DNA from: an uncultured Actinomycetes bacterium
GTDB lineage: Bacteria; Actinomycetota; Thermoleophilia; Gaiellales; JAICJC01
NCBI GenBank assembly: GCA_963731515.1
Contig: CAVSVU010000017.1
Coordinates: 541,164 to 605,163 of the forward strand
Reading direction: 5' to 3'
DNA: 64,000 nt
Shown: piece after piece, positions 35,791-49,654 of the stretch
Numbering within the stretch: position 1 is the stretch's first letter
How the letters are laid out: the number at the start of each line of letters is the position of its first letter
Program-made: the position numbers and the translations under genes
The notes under the pieces: generated by a model
What the model was told of the DNA's origin: nothing
Seen by the model: only the letters and a program-made list of their open reading frames with translations
Databases searched by the model: none

Positions 35791-37169
35791 ACGAGGCTCC
35801 GGCCCTGCATGTCCGCGGGCACGGGCAGGCCGAGCGCGGTCAGCACGGTGGGAGCGATGTCGAACAGGCGCGCGTCGGCGGGCACCGCGGCCGGCATCCC
35901 CGGCCCGGCGAAGACGGCGATCCCGAACTTGGCGTGGTTCGCGTCGTCCGGGCCGGTGTCGTTCTCGCGCACGTGGACACGGCGGTCTCCGACCGATCCG
36001 ATCGAGCGCCAGGCCAGGTTGCCGAAGTAGGCGATCAGGTCGGGGGCGACGTTGTTGACCTCGTGATACAGGTCCTCGGGGCGGAACACGCGCGTGCCGA
36101 TCGAGCGGCCCTCCTCGTCGCCGAGCGCCTCGAGCTTCGCGATCAGCTCGTCGCGGAGCGGCTCGTAGTCGGCCGGGTCGATCACGCCCTCGGGCTCGCG
36201 CCCCTTCACGTTCAGGAAGATCCGCGAGTAGTAGCCGCCGTCGGCCCACACCCGCGTCCGCGGCCAGTCGACGGTGCAGCGGCCGATCGGGGTCTGCTCG
36301 GTCGGCGGGTCGACCAGGGTCAGGTAGCCCTCGCGCATGAGCCACTCGTTGATCTGGATGCCCCCGAACATGGCCTGGGCGCCGTGGTCGGAGACGACCA
36401 TGAGCGCCGTGTCGTCGCCGAGGCCCTCGATCAGCGAGCCCACCTCGGAGTCGAGGTAGCGGTAGTAGTCGCGGAACGCGGCCTCGAGCGGCGTGCCGGG
36501 CACGTAGTCGGGGTGGTTCGGGTCGTAGAACCGCCACAGGGCGTGGTGCAGGCGGTCCGGGCCCATCTCGACGAGCATGAAGAAGTCCCACGGCCGGGTG
36601 TCGCGCAGGTGGCGGGCGAGCGCGAAGCGCCGCTCCGTCATCGTGTGGATGTCGCGCACCACCCGCTCGCGGTCGTCGGTGCGGTAGTCGGGCACGTCGA
36701 CCATGTAGTCGCCGACGACCTCGCGGATCTCGTCCTTCAGCGCCTCGGGGTAGGTGTAGCGGCTGTCCGTCGAGGGCGTGAGGAAGCAGCTCACCATCTC
36801 GCCGTTCACCTGCCGCGGCGGGAACGTCTGCGGCACGCCGAGGGCGACGACGTGCTTGCCGGCCCGGGACAGGATGTCCCACAGGCGGTCGTCGCGCACC
36901 TTCTCGGAGGTCGCGAAGGTGAGCCCGTCGTAGGAGTGGTCCTTGCGGTTCCGGAACCCGTAGAACCCGAGCGTGCCCGGGTCCTTGGACGACATCATGC
37001 ACGACCACGCCGGCACGGTGATGGGCGGGTCGCAGGACTCGAGCTTGCCCCACGCCCCCCGCTCCATCAGCCCCGAGAGCACGGGCAGCTCGGCCCGCAT
37101 GTCGTCGAAGACGATCTCGGGCGCGACGCAGTCGAGCCCCACGATCATCAGCCGCCGGGGACGCGCCAT
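35787..37169 (-). CDS. alkaline-phosphatase superfamily protein (type I phosphodiesterase/nucleotide pyrophosphatase-like), paralog 1
   Basis: 460 aa. MIVGLDCVAPE...PITVPAWSCMMSSKDPG...VVSDHGA... fits the AP-superfamily metal and nucleophile layout. Confidence 0.7.
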   Translation of the reverse strand: MARPRRLMIVGLDCVAPEIVFDDMRAELPVLSGLMERGAWGKLESCDPPITVPAWSCMMSSKDPGTLGFYGFRNRKDHSYDGLTFATSEKVRDDRLWDILSRAGKHVVALGVPQTFPPRQVNGEMVSCFLTPSTDSRYTYPEALKDEIREVVGDYMVDVPDYRTDDRERVVRDIHTMTERRFALARHLRDTRPWDFFMLVEMGPDRLHHALWRFYDPNHPDYVPGTPLEAAFRDYYRYLDSEVGSLIEGLGDDTALMVVSDHGAQAMFGGIQINEWLMREGYLTLVDPPTEQTPIGRCTVDWPRTRVWADGGYYSRIFLNVKGREPEGVIDPADYEPLRDELIAKLEALGDEEGRSIGTRVFRPEDLYHEVNNVAPDLIAYFGNLAWRSIGSVGDRRVHVRENDTGPDDANHAKFGIAVFAGPGMPAAVPADARLFDIAPTVLTALGLPVPADMQGRSLV

Positions 37170-37171
37170 GC

Positions 37172-37960
37172 CTACTGCCCGCGGTGCGTGAAGACGAGCA
37201 TCTTCTGGTTGCGGGGGTTGTCCCACCCGCCCAGGTACTCCACCTCGAGCCCGGTGCCCTCGCACAGCCACTCGAACACGCTGCGGTGGTAGTGGAAGAA
37301 GTCGCGGTCGAGGTGCGTGACGAGGCCCGGCTTCTGCTGGACGTCCGTGACCTCGCGCGGCCCCCGCTCGTCCTCGTAGAACGTCGCGAAGAACCTGCCG
37401 CCGGGCGCGAGCGCCCGGTCCATCTCGACCAGGCAGCGCATGATCTCGTTGATCGAGAGGTGCGTGAACACCGACTGGGCGAGGGCGAAGTCGAACGGGC
37501 GGTGGAGCGTGTCGAACTCGAAGTGGTGCAGCTCGCGCAGGACGGGCTGCTTGTCGATCAGCCCGCGCGGGCGCAGGTCGAAGTCGCGGCCGGCCTCGAT
37601 CAGGTCGAAGCGGCGGTCGATGCCGTAGTAGTGCCCGGTCTCGAGGTACTCGATGAACCGCCAGCCTCCCCGCAGCGGCCCGCAGCCGACGTCGAGCAGG
37701 TAGTGGTGCGGCTCGAGGCCGTGGTCGACCAGGTACCGGAACTGGAGCGTGCCGAGCTCGTCCCACATGCCGCCGATGCCGCGCCGGTGCCAGCCCGGGT
37801 CGACGTACTTGTAGACCTGGCGCGGAAGCGCCTTGCGGACGCGCCGCTTGACCGGGACGGGCACCATCGGCTCGATCGTGCCGAACGCGCGCTGGAGCGC
37901 CTTCTGGGTGGCGAGGCGGGCCTCGCCGGTGATTCCGCCTGGGCTCTCGGTCGCGGGCAT
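37172..37960 (-). CDS. class I SAM-dependent methyltransferase
   Basis: 262 aa. YLLDVGCGPLRGG is motif I, and ...ALAPGGRFFATF is the post-II region. Confidence 0.7.
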   Translation of the reverse strand: MPATESPGGITGEARLATQKALQRAFGTIEPMVPVPVKRRVRKALPRQVYKYVDPGWHRRGIGGMWDELGTLQFRYLVDHGLEPHHYLLDVGCGPLRGGWRFIEYLETGHYYGIDRRFDLIEAGRDFDLRPRGLIDKQPVLRELHHFEFDTLHRPFDFALAQSVFTHLSINEIMRCLVEMDRALAPGGRFFATFYEDERGPREVTDVQQKPGLVTHLDRDFFHYHRSVFEWLCEGTGLEVEYLGGWDNPRNQKMLVFTHRGQ

Positions 37961-38003
37961 CGCAGGACATTAGCGCGTGACGGTGTGCCAGACTGGAGGC
38001 ACC

Positions 38004-39014
38004 GTGGCCACCGTCCTCGTCACCGCCGCCGGCGCGCCCGGCTGCCCGCGCCTGATCCGGGCGCTGCGCGATGCGGGCCACGCCGTCGTCGGCACCGACG
38101 CGAACCCGCGCTCGGCGGGATCGCGCCTGTGCGACCGCTTCGCCGTCGTCCCCCGGGGCGACGCGCCCGAGTTCATCCCGGCGATGCGGACGGCGGCGGC
38201 CGAGCTGGGCGCCGACGTGGTGTTCCCCACGTCGTCGGCCGAGATCCTCCAGTGGGCGCGGGCCCGGGACGACTTCGGGCTGCCCGTGCTGGCGGGCCCC
38301 GCCGACGGCGTCGAGGCGGCGTCGGACAAGGCCGAGACGTTCCGGGTCGCCGAGCGGGCGGGCGTCTCCCACCCGCGCACGATCGAGGTCGACGATCCGG
38401 ACGGCTTCGCCGCCGCGGTGCGCGAGCTGGGCTACCCGGAGCGGCGCGTCGTCATGAAGCCGACGCAGGCCAAGGGCTCGCGCGGGTTTCGCGTCCTCGA
38501 CCCGACCGCCGACCGCCGCCGCTGGCTGCTCGAGTCGCGCCCCGGCGAGGCCGCCCCCGAGCGCCTGGAGGACGTGCTCGACCTGCTCGGGCGGGGCTCG
38601 TTCCCCGCCTACATCGTGCAGGAGTACCTGGACGGGCCCGAGGAGACCGTCGACGCGATCTGCCTCGGCGGCGAGCTGCTCCTGCCCATGACCCGCACGC
38701 GCGAGGCCCTGCGCGCCGGCCTGGCGATGGACTTCACGCTGCTCGAACGGCCGCGCGAGGAGGCGGATTCCGCCCGGCTGGCCGAGGTGCTCGCGATGGA
38801 CTACTTCCTCTCGGTGCAGTTCAAGGGCGGCAAGCTGATGGAGATCAACCCGCGCGTGTCGACGATCGTCTACACGCCCGAGATCAACCCGCCCGCCCTC
38901 GCCGTCGGGCTCGCCCTGGGGACGACGGATGCCGAGGAGCTGCGCCGGCTGCGGTCGCAGGTGCCGATCGGCAGGCGTGCGATCCGCTATTTCGACCAGG
39001 TCGAGTTCGCCTGA
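38004..39014 (+). CDS. ATP-grasp domain protein 1
   Basis: GTG 38004 has a GGAGG RBS. VLVTAAGAPG..., KPTQAKGSRGFRVL, YIVQEYLDG and LMEINPRVS are ATP-grasp blocks. The ORF opens at 37977. Confidence 0.75.
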   Translation: MATVLVTAAGAPGCPRLIRALRDAGHAVVGTDANPRSAGSRLCDRFAVVPRGDAPEFIPAMRTAAAELGADVVFPTSSAEILQWARARDDFGLPVLAGPADGVEAASDKAETFRVAERAGVSHPRTIEVDDPDGFAAAVRELGYPERRVVMKPTQAKGSRGFRVLDPTADRRRWLLESRPGEAAPERLEDVLDLLGRGSFPAYIVQEYLDGPEETVDAICLGGELLLPMTRTREALRAGLAMDFTLLERPREEADSARLAEVLAMDYFLSVQFKGGKLMEINPRVSTIVYTPEINPPALAVGLALGTTDAEELRRLRSQVPIGRRAIRYFDQVEFA

Positions 39015-39053
39015 GCCGCCGGCGAAGCGGGCAGGCGCCGCGAGGCCGGCCGG

Positions 39054-39059
39054 TAGAAT
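39054..39059 (+). promoter_or_regulatory. -10 box TAGAAT, 9 nt upstream of the ATG at 39069
   Basis: GGTAGAAT-N9-ATG. Compatible with a leaderless or very short-leader transcript. Confidence 0.35.
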
Positions 39060-39068
39060 CGCCCGCTC

Positions 39069-40266
39069 ATGAGCGCATCCGCACCACGTGAACCGGCCGC
39101 CGTCGTCGCCGACGTCGGCTGGGTGAACGGCCTCGCCGCGATCCGCTCGCTGGGCCGCAACGGCGTCCGGGCGCTGGCGGTCGACCACCGCCCCTGGGCG
39201 CTCGGATTCCGCTCCCGGTATGCAACGCCGGTCGCCGCTCCCGACCCCGTCACCGACGAGGACGGCTTCGTGTCGGCACTCGCTCGCCTGGGCGAGACGC
39301 TGGACGGCCCCGTCCCTGCGTTCGCCACCCACGACGAGCACGTGAACGTGCTCGCCCGCCGCAGCGCCGACATCGGCGCCGTGTTCCGGCCGTGCACGCC
39401 GGAGTGGGACGTGCTCGAGGCGATCCAGCGCAAGCGCCACCAGCTCGACGTGGCGGCGCAGGCGGGCGTGCCGGTGCCGGGCACCCGCCACCCCCGCTCG
39501 GCCGCGGAGGCGCGCGCTGCCGCCGAGGAGCTCGGCTACCCCGTGCTGGTGAAGCCGTCCGATCCCGTCGGCTTCAAGCGGCTCCACAACCGCCAGGCGT
39601 TCCGGTGCGAGTCCGGCGCCGAGGTCGAGACGGCCTACGCGCAGGCCGAGGCGTTCGCGCCGATGGTGCAGGAGTACATCCCCGGCGGCGACGACGAGCT
39701 CTACTACGCTGGGGAGCTACCTCACGGCCGACGGCGAGGCGCTCGGGCTGTTCACCGGCCGCAAGCTGCGCCAGACCCGGCAGCACATGGGCGTCTGCCG
39801 GGTGGCCGAGGCGGTCTGGGTGCCCGAGGTCGCCGAGCACGGCCTCGCGCTTCTGCGGGCGCTGCGCTTCCGGGGCATCTCGCAGGTCGAGTTCAAGCGC
39901 GACCCGCGCACCGGCGAGTACAAGCTGATCGAGGTGAACCCGCGGCTGTGGCAGTGGCACGGCCTCGCCACCGCCTGCGGCGTCGACCTCACCCACATCG
40001 CCTACCTCGACCTGGTCGGGAGGCCGCCGTCGCCGCGGCGGATGACGAACGAGGGCCGGCGCTGGGCGATCACGTTCATGAACGGCGCCCGCCACGCCGT
40101 CCAGCGGCCGCCGTACACCGACGCGCTGCTCGCGCGCGACGACCCCCGGCCCGCGCTCGTCCAGCTCGGCCGGGTGGCCCGCGGCGGCGTGCGCAGCGCC
40201 CGCCGCCGGGCGGCGGCGAGCATGGCGGTGTCGCGCATCGCCCGGCACGCGGAGCGGCATGGCTAG
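39069..40266 (+). CDS. ATP-grasp domain protein 2, +1 frame break near 39708
   Basis: N-part ...LGYPVLVKPSDPVGFKRL...MVQEYIPGGDDELYY and C-part LGSYLTADGEALGLFTGRKLRQ...ISQVEFKRDPRTGEYKLIEVNPRLW lie in adjacent frames. Span is 1198 nt (1 mod 3). Confidence 0.75.
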
Positions 40267-41389
40267 CGGCAACGGCGACCGGCCGCTGCGCGTCCTCGGC
40301 GTCGGCAACGGCCGCTCGATCATCTTCCTGCGCTGGGCGTGGCGGGTGGCCGAGCTCGGCCACGACGTGCACGTCGTCTCGGACTCGTTCACCGACCGCG
40401 CCGAGGAGCTCGAGGGCATCACCGCGCACCGCGTCCAGGAGCTCGAGCTGGGGACGCGCGTGAAGGGACTGCGGCGGATGCGGTTCGCGCCCGCCATCCG
40501 CAACCTGGCCCGCCGCCTCGACGTCGACCTGGTGCACGCGCACTACCTGCTGCCGTACGGCTACTGGGCGGCGGAGGCGGGCGTGCACCCGCTCGTCATG
40601 AGCCCCTGGAACACCGACATCTTCACCTACGGCCGCGACCGCGCCCGCGGCCGGAAGCGCGTGCGGGCCGCCGTGGCCGCGGGCGACGGCTACGTGGTGA
40701 GCTCGATCGGGAACGCCGACGAGACCGTCCGCCTGGGCGCCGACCCCGACCGCGTGCACCGGATCGTCTGGTACGTCGACCTGCGCCCGTTCGGCCCCGA
40801 GCACCGCAAGCCCGGCCTGGCGGCCCGGTTCGGCTGGCCGGACGACTCGCTGGTCATCCTGTCGCTGCGCAACTACCGCCCGAACACGAACCTCGACGTG
40901 CTCCTGCGCGCGTTCGCCCGGGTCTCGCAGGAGGAGCCGCGCGTGCGCCTGATCATGGCGGCGCGGGGCGGCTGGATCCGCGACGAGATCGAGGCCGTGC
41001 TCGACGAGCTGGATCTGCGCGACCGGGTCGCCCAGCACTTCGCGCCGCCGGACGAGCTGCCGGAGCTGTGCGCGTCGTCGGACATCGGCATCTCGATCGC
41101 CTCGACCGACGCCACCCCGGCCTCGATGATCGAGTCGATGGCCTCCGGCCTGCCGATGGTGATGGGCGACGCGATCACCATCGACGAGTGGATCACGCCG
41201 GGCGAGGGCGGCGAGGTGGTCGACTGCCGCGACGAGGACGCCGTCGCCGCCGCGCTCCTCGGGCTGATCCGCGACCCGGAGCTGCGGGCCCGCTACGGCG
41301 AGCGCAACATCCGCGTGACCCGGGAGCGGCTGCCGCCGCCGGGGCCGGCGCTCGTCGAGCTCTACCGCGACATGCTCGCCCGCCCATGA
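40259..41389 (+). CDS. glycosyltransferase (GT-B fold, family 4-like)
   Basis: 376 aa with the typical GT4 C-terminal half (ASTDATPASMIESMASGLPMVMGD...GEGGEVV). Confidence 0.75.
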   Translation: MASGNGDRPLRVLGVGNGRSIIFLRWAWRVAELGHDVHVVSDSFTDRAEELEGITAHRVQELELGTRVKGLRRMRFAPAIRNLARRLDVDLVHAHYLLPYGYWAAEAGVHPLVMSPWNTDIFTYGRDRARGRKRVRAAVAAGDGYVVSSIGNADETVRLGADPDRVHRIVWYVDLRPFGPEHRKPGLAARFGWPDDSLVILSLRNYRPNTNLDVLLRAFARVSQEEPRVRLIMAARGGWIRDEIEAVLDELDLRDRVAQHFAPPDELPELCASSDIGISIASTDATPASMIESMASGLPMVMGDAITIDEWITPGEGGEVVDCRDEDAVAAALLGLIRDPELRARYGERNIRVTRERLPPPGPALVELYRDMLARP

Positions 41390-43005
41390 GGGTGCTCTGC
41401 CTGGGAATGGACGGCGCCGACTACGGCCTCGTCGGCGAGCTGCTCGAGCAGGGACGCCTGCCCACCCTCGCGGGCATCGTCCGCGACGGCGCCTACGGGC
41501 CGCTGCGCTCGACCGTTCCCGCCGCCACCCCGACGGCCTGGTCGTCGTTCCTGACCGGCCTCAACCCCGCCCGCCACGGCATCTTCAACTTCTCGACGAA
41601 CGCGAACCGGGCGCCGTCGCGGCTCGAGAGCGCCCGCAGCCGGTCCGGCGTGCCGCTGTGGCGGACGCTCGGCGCCGCGGGCGTGCGCTCGGCCTTCGTC
41701 ACCGTGCCGTTCACGTATCCGGCCGAGGACATCGACGGGATCATCGTCTCGGGCTACGGCGGCCCGCCGGAGCCGCAGATCGTCCCCGCGTCCGCCGCGG
41801 CGGCGATCCACGCCCGCCACCCCGGCCTCGTCACGGCCCACCACCCGATGCGCGAGCGCTGGTGGGAGGACTTCGACCGCTACGCCCGGCTCCTCGTCGA
41901 GCACGTCGGCCAGATCGAGTCGGTGTGCGAGCAGTGCTTCGAGCTCGAGCCCGACCTCGGGGTGCTGGTCGTCGACTTCATGAGCACCGACTTCGCCGGG
42001 CACCTGGGCTACGCCCGCCTCGATCCCCGCCATCCCGCCCACGACGCCGCCGACGCCGGCGACGAGCTGGTGCAGGTGTACGAGGCGGTCGACGCCGCGT
42101 GCGGCCGCCTGATCGAGGCTGCCCGGAAGCGGTTCGGCGAGGAGCCGACCGTGCTCATGATGTCCGACCACGGCATGAAGCCGATGTACTGGGTGTTCCA
42201 CCTGAACCGGTGGCTCGAGGAGCACGGCCACCTGCGCTATCGCGCGCGGTCGCTGCAGCGGCTCAAGGGCACGCGCCTGCGCTCGCTCGCGGGGGTCGAC
42301 CAGCGCCTGGCCCGCACCTCCGGGCTCTACACCCGCCTCGCCGACGCGCTCCCGCTCGTCCCGGCCGCCGCCGCCGACCGGGCCTTCGCCGACATCGACT
42401 TCCCCCGCACCCGCGCCTACTCGTTCGCGACCGGCGGCCAGGTGTACCTGGGCGAGTCGAGCGGCGCCGTCGCCGACCCGGCCATGGCGGAGCGGATCGC
42501 GACCGAGCTCGAGGCCGAGCGCCACCCCGAGACGGGTGAGCAGCTCCTGCGGGTGCTGCGCAAGCCCGACATCTACCACGGCCCCCACCTCGACCGCGCG
42601 CCCGACCTGATCGTGCTCTCGATCGACGAGCGCGTCCACGTCGACTCCCTGCGCCGCAGCGGCACGCCGGCCATCGAGGTGCACGACCACCTCGACCCCG
42701 AGAACGCCTACGGCTACTCCGGCCACCATGGCATCGACGGAATCCTGGGCGCGCGCGGGCCGGGCATCCGTCCCGGGGCGGTGCCCGAAGGCTCCGGCAT
42801 CGTCCAGATGGCGGCCACGATCCTGCGCCTGCACGGCATCGAGGCTGAGGGGCTCGACGGCGCCCCCATCGACGCGATCCTGGCCGGGGAGGGCGAGGCC
42901 GTGCGCGTGACCGCCCAGGGGACGGCCGCGAGCGACGAGGGCGTCTACAGCGCCGACGAGGAGGCGGGGATCCTCGAGCGGCTGCGCGACCTCGGCTACG
43001 AGTGA
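41386..43005 (+). CDS. alkaline-phosphatase superfamily protein (type I phosphodiesterase-like), paralog 2
   Basis: 539 aa. MRVLCLGMDGAD...PAATPTAWSSFLTGLNPARHG...MMSDHGM. ATGA overlap with the glycosyltransferase stop. Confidence 0.7.
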   Translation: MRVLCLGMDGADYGLVGELLEQGRLPTLAGIVRDGAYGPLRSTVPAATPTAWSSFLTGLNPARHGIFNFSTNANRAPSRLESARSRSGVPLWRTLGAAGVRSAFVTVPFTYPAEDIDGIIVSGYGGPPEPQIVPASAAAAIHARHPGLVTAHHPMRERWWEDFDRYARLLVEHVGQIESVCEQCFELEPDLGVLVVDFMSTDFAGHLGYARLDPRHPAHDAADAGDELVQVYEAVDAACGRLIEAARKRFGEEPTVLMMSDHGMKPMYWVFHLNRWLEEHGHLRYRARSLQRLKGTRLRSLAGVDQRLARTSGLYTRLADALPLVPAAAADRAFADIDFPRTRAYSFATGGQVYLGESSGAVADPAMAERIATELEAERHPETGEQLLRVLRKPDIYHGPHLDRAPDLIVLSIDERVHVDSLRRSGTPAIEVHDHLDPENAYGYSGHHGIDGILGARGPGIRPGAVPEGSGIVQMAATILRLHGIEAEGLDGAPIDAILAGEGEAVRVTAQGTAASDEGVYSADEEAGILERLRDLGYE

Positions 43006-44290
43006 GCGGGCCGCGGCTCGACCTCGACGTCCCGGAGGGGTTCGCCGCCGAGGCCCGCTGGACGCTCGAGACGCTGCTCGGGGCGTGCGCCGGACCGACG
43101 GCCGAGTCCGTCCGCTACGGCGGCTCCGGCGGCCTCGACGTCTCGGAACGGGCGTGGGAGCTCTTCGCGGCGGGCGGCGCCGTCACGCCCGAGCCGGCCG
43201 GCGACGGGATGCTCGACTTCGGCGACGGCGCCCGCGACCTCGTCGCGAGCGCGTTCTGGCACCTGTCGCGCCACGAGGAGCGCGGCGGCGCCCGCGACGA
43301 GCACGGCCGCTTCCCCGCCCGGGCGGCGCTGGCCGATCCCGAGCGGCCGGCCGGTCGACGCGCTCCTGCGCGGCTTCCGGGAGCACGTCGGCGACCGCGG
43401 TGCGACACCCTTCACGATCGCCCTCACCCACGACGTCGACATCCCCTGGCGCTGGAGCCGGCCGCGCGCGCTGCGCGGGGCCGCCGCCCGCGCGCGAGCC
43501 GCGGCCCGGGAGCGCCGTCCCCGTGACGTCGCCGCCGAGGCGGCGGGGATCGCCGCGGCCCCCGTCCGGCGGCTCGCCGGCACCGACCCGAACTGGTCGT
43601 ACGAGCGCATCGCGGCGATCGAGCGCGCCCACGGCGGCCGCTCGACCTACTTCGTGATGGCCGGCCACGGCCATCCCGCCGACGGCCCCGACCCGGCGGC
43701 GTACGACCGGCTGCGCCCCGCGATCGTGGCCCAGATCGCCGCTCAGGGCGACGAGGTCGGCCTGCACCCGAGCTACCGGACGTCCGAGCGGCCGGACCTG
43801 CTCGCGGCCGAGCGGGAGCGGCTGGAGGCGCTCACCGGCGCCCGCGTGCCCGGCGTGCGGTTCCACTACCTGCGCCACGACACCCACGCGACGCTGCCGG
43901 AGCTGGAGCGGCTGGGGTTCGCCTACGACTCCAGCCAGGGCTACGGCGACGCGATCGGCCTGCGGGCCGGGTTCTCGTTCCCGTACCGGCCGTTCCACCT
44001 GGCCGCGCGGCGTCCGCTCGCACCTCGTCGAGCTGCCGATGGCCGTCATGGACGCGACCCTGGCGGAGCAGCGCTACCTCGGGCTCACCCCCCGGGCCGG
44101 GCTCGAGCGGACGCTGCGCCTGCTGGAGCGCGTCGCCGGCATCGGCGGCACGGTGGCGATCCTGTGGCACACCGATCGCTTCAGCCGCGAGTACGCGCGC
44201 GGCTGGGACCGCGTCTACGCGGACGTGCTCGAGTGGGCCGCCGACCGCGGCGGACGGCTGGCGACGGCGGCGGACGCCGTCGCCGCCGGG

Positions 44291-48141
<3,851 letters not shown>

Positions 48142-48145
<4 letters not shown>

Positions 48146-49179
48146 AGGAGCAGCATTGCATCGCCGAAGCTGTAGAAGCGGTACTCCTCCGCGACTGCGG
48201 TGCGGTAGAGGTCGCGGATCGCGTCCGTCCCGGCGAACGCCATCACCAGCGCGAGCAGCGTCGAGCGGGGCAGGTGGAAGTTCGTGACGAGCCCGCCCAC
48301 GGCCGCGAACCGGTGCCCCGGCTCGATCAGGAGGCGCGTCCGGCCCTCGAGCGGGCCGCGCTCCGCTCCGCCCCACACCGTCTCCAGCACGCGCACGGTC
48401 GTCGTCCCGACGGCGACGATGCGGCGGCCGGCCGAGAGGGCCGCGTCGATCGCGTCCGCGGCCGCGGGGGTGACGGCGTACGCCTCGCTGTGCATCGGGT
48501 GGTCGTCGAGGTCGGCCTCGGTCACCGGGCGGAACGTGTCGAGGCCGACGCCGAGGGTCACCTCCACCACCTCGTGGCGGGCGCGGAGCCGTTCGAGCAG
48601 CTCGGGGGTGAAGTGCAGGCCGGCCGTCGGCGCCGCCGCCGAGCCGGGATGGCGGGCGTAGACCGTCTGGTAGCGCTGTGGATCGGCCGGCTGCTCGTGG
48701 ATGTAGGGCGGGAGCGGCATCTCCCCCACCTTCTCCAGGGCGGCCGCGATGGGGACTGTCCCCGCTTGATCGGGGACGGTCCCCGTGACGTGCGGCCTGA
48801 CGATCACCCGGCCCTCGTCGAGGTGGCGCTCGATCGTGATCGCGAGCTCTCCGGCCGTGACCGTCTCGCCGTCGCGGAGGCGCCGCGCCGGCCGCGCGAG
48901 CGCCTCCCAGCGTCCGTCCGGCTGCGGCTCGAGCAGCAGCACCTCGGCTGCTCCCCCGGTCTCGCGCCGGGCGCGCACGCGCACGGGCAGGACGCGGGTG
49001 TCGTTCAGCACCACGAGGTCGTCGGGCGCGAGCTCGTCCAGGAGGTCGCCGAACCGGCGGTGGCGGAGGGCGCCCGTCGCCCGGTCGTACACGAGCAGCC
49101 GGGCGCTGTCGCGCGGCTCGGCCGCCGTCTGGGCGATCAGCCCGGGCGGGAGGTCGTAGTCGAGGTCGTCGGTGCGCAC
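48142..49179 (-). CDS. queA: S-adenosylmethionine:tRNA ribosyltransferase-isomerase
   Basis: [17 protein letters not shown]...PLPPYI...[13 protein letters not shown]...[10 protein letters not shown]...[11 protein letters not shown] are QueA hallmarks. GTGA overlap with the tgt start. Confidence 0.9.
48751..48784. repeat. double palindrome GGGGACTGTCCCC-GCTTGATC-GGGGACGGTCCCC inside queA
   Basis: Same element type as 35165-35197. On the coding (minus) strand it is read in frame as [13 protein letters not shown]. Confidence 0.85.
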
Positions 49180-49628
49180 CGGATGACGTAGCGGTCCCGC
49201 GCAGGGCCGGGGACGATGTTCAGGTGGTCGGGCTGGATCCGGAACGGCGCCTGGACGCCCGAGACGAAGAGCTCCGCCGGGCCGGCCAGGTACCAGCGCC
49301 GGCGCCGCTCGACGGCCCGGATGTGGACATGGCCGTTGCGCCACGAGCCGGTTGCCGTGAAGTCGAGCCGCGCGCTCCCCGTCCCGTCGGCGTTCTGGAC
49401 GACCGGCCCCGTGACGGTGAATCCGAACCCGGTCACGACTCCGAGCTCCTGACGGACGGTGGCGTTCAGGCGCAGGCACGTCGCCGACACCTTGAAGGCC
49501 GGGCCTTTCGACGCCCGCTCGATCGCCGCGATGCCGATCGCGGCCGACGCCGCCAGCGCGAGCGCGGCGCCGGCAACGAGGGGGATCCAGGGGCGTGCAC
49601 GCGCATAGGCCGCACGGAGACGCTGCAT
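49137..49628 (-). CDS. hypothetical membrane-anchored protein (163 aa)
   Basis: ATG 49628 gives [36 protein letters not shown] as an anchor, followed by a beta-rich soluble part. It overlaps the queA start by 43 nt. No domain recognised. Confidence 0.45.
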   Translation of the reverse strand: MQRLRAAYARARPWIPLVAGAALALAASAAIGIAAIERASKGPAFKVSATCLRLNATVRQELGVVTGFGFTVTGPVVQNADGTGSARLDFTATGSWRNGHVHIRAVERRRRWYLAGPAELFVSGVQAPFRIQPDHLNIVPGPARDRYVIRCAPTTSTTTSRPG

Positions 49629-49654
49629 CGCCGCAATTAGAGCATGCGGGATCC

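Noticed and set aside
35787-39587. 1266-aa minus ORF and other 400-800-aa overlapping ORFs across 33.5-44.5 kb
   Set aside because: Only the terminal phosphodiesterase-like portion is protein-like. The upstream part is antisense to the ATP-grasp genes and out of frame with the methyltransferase.
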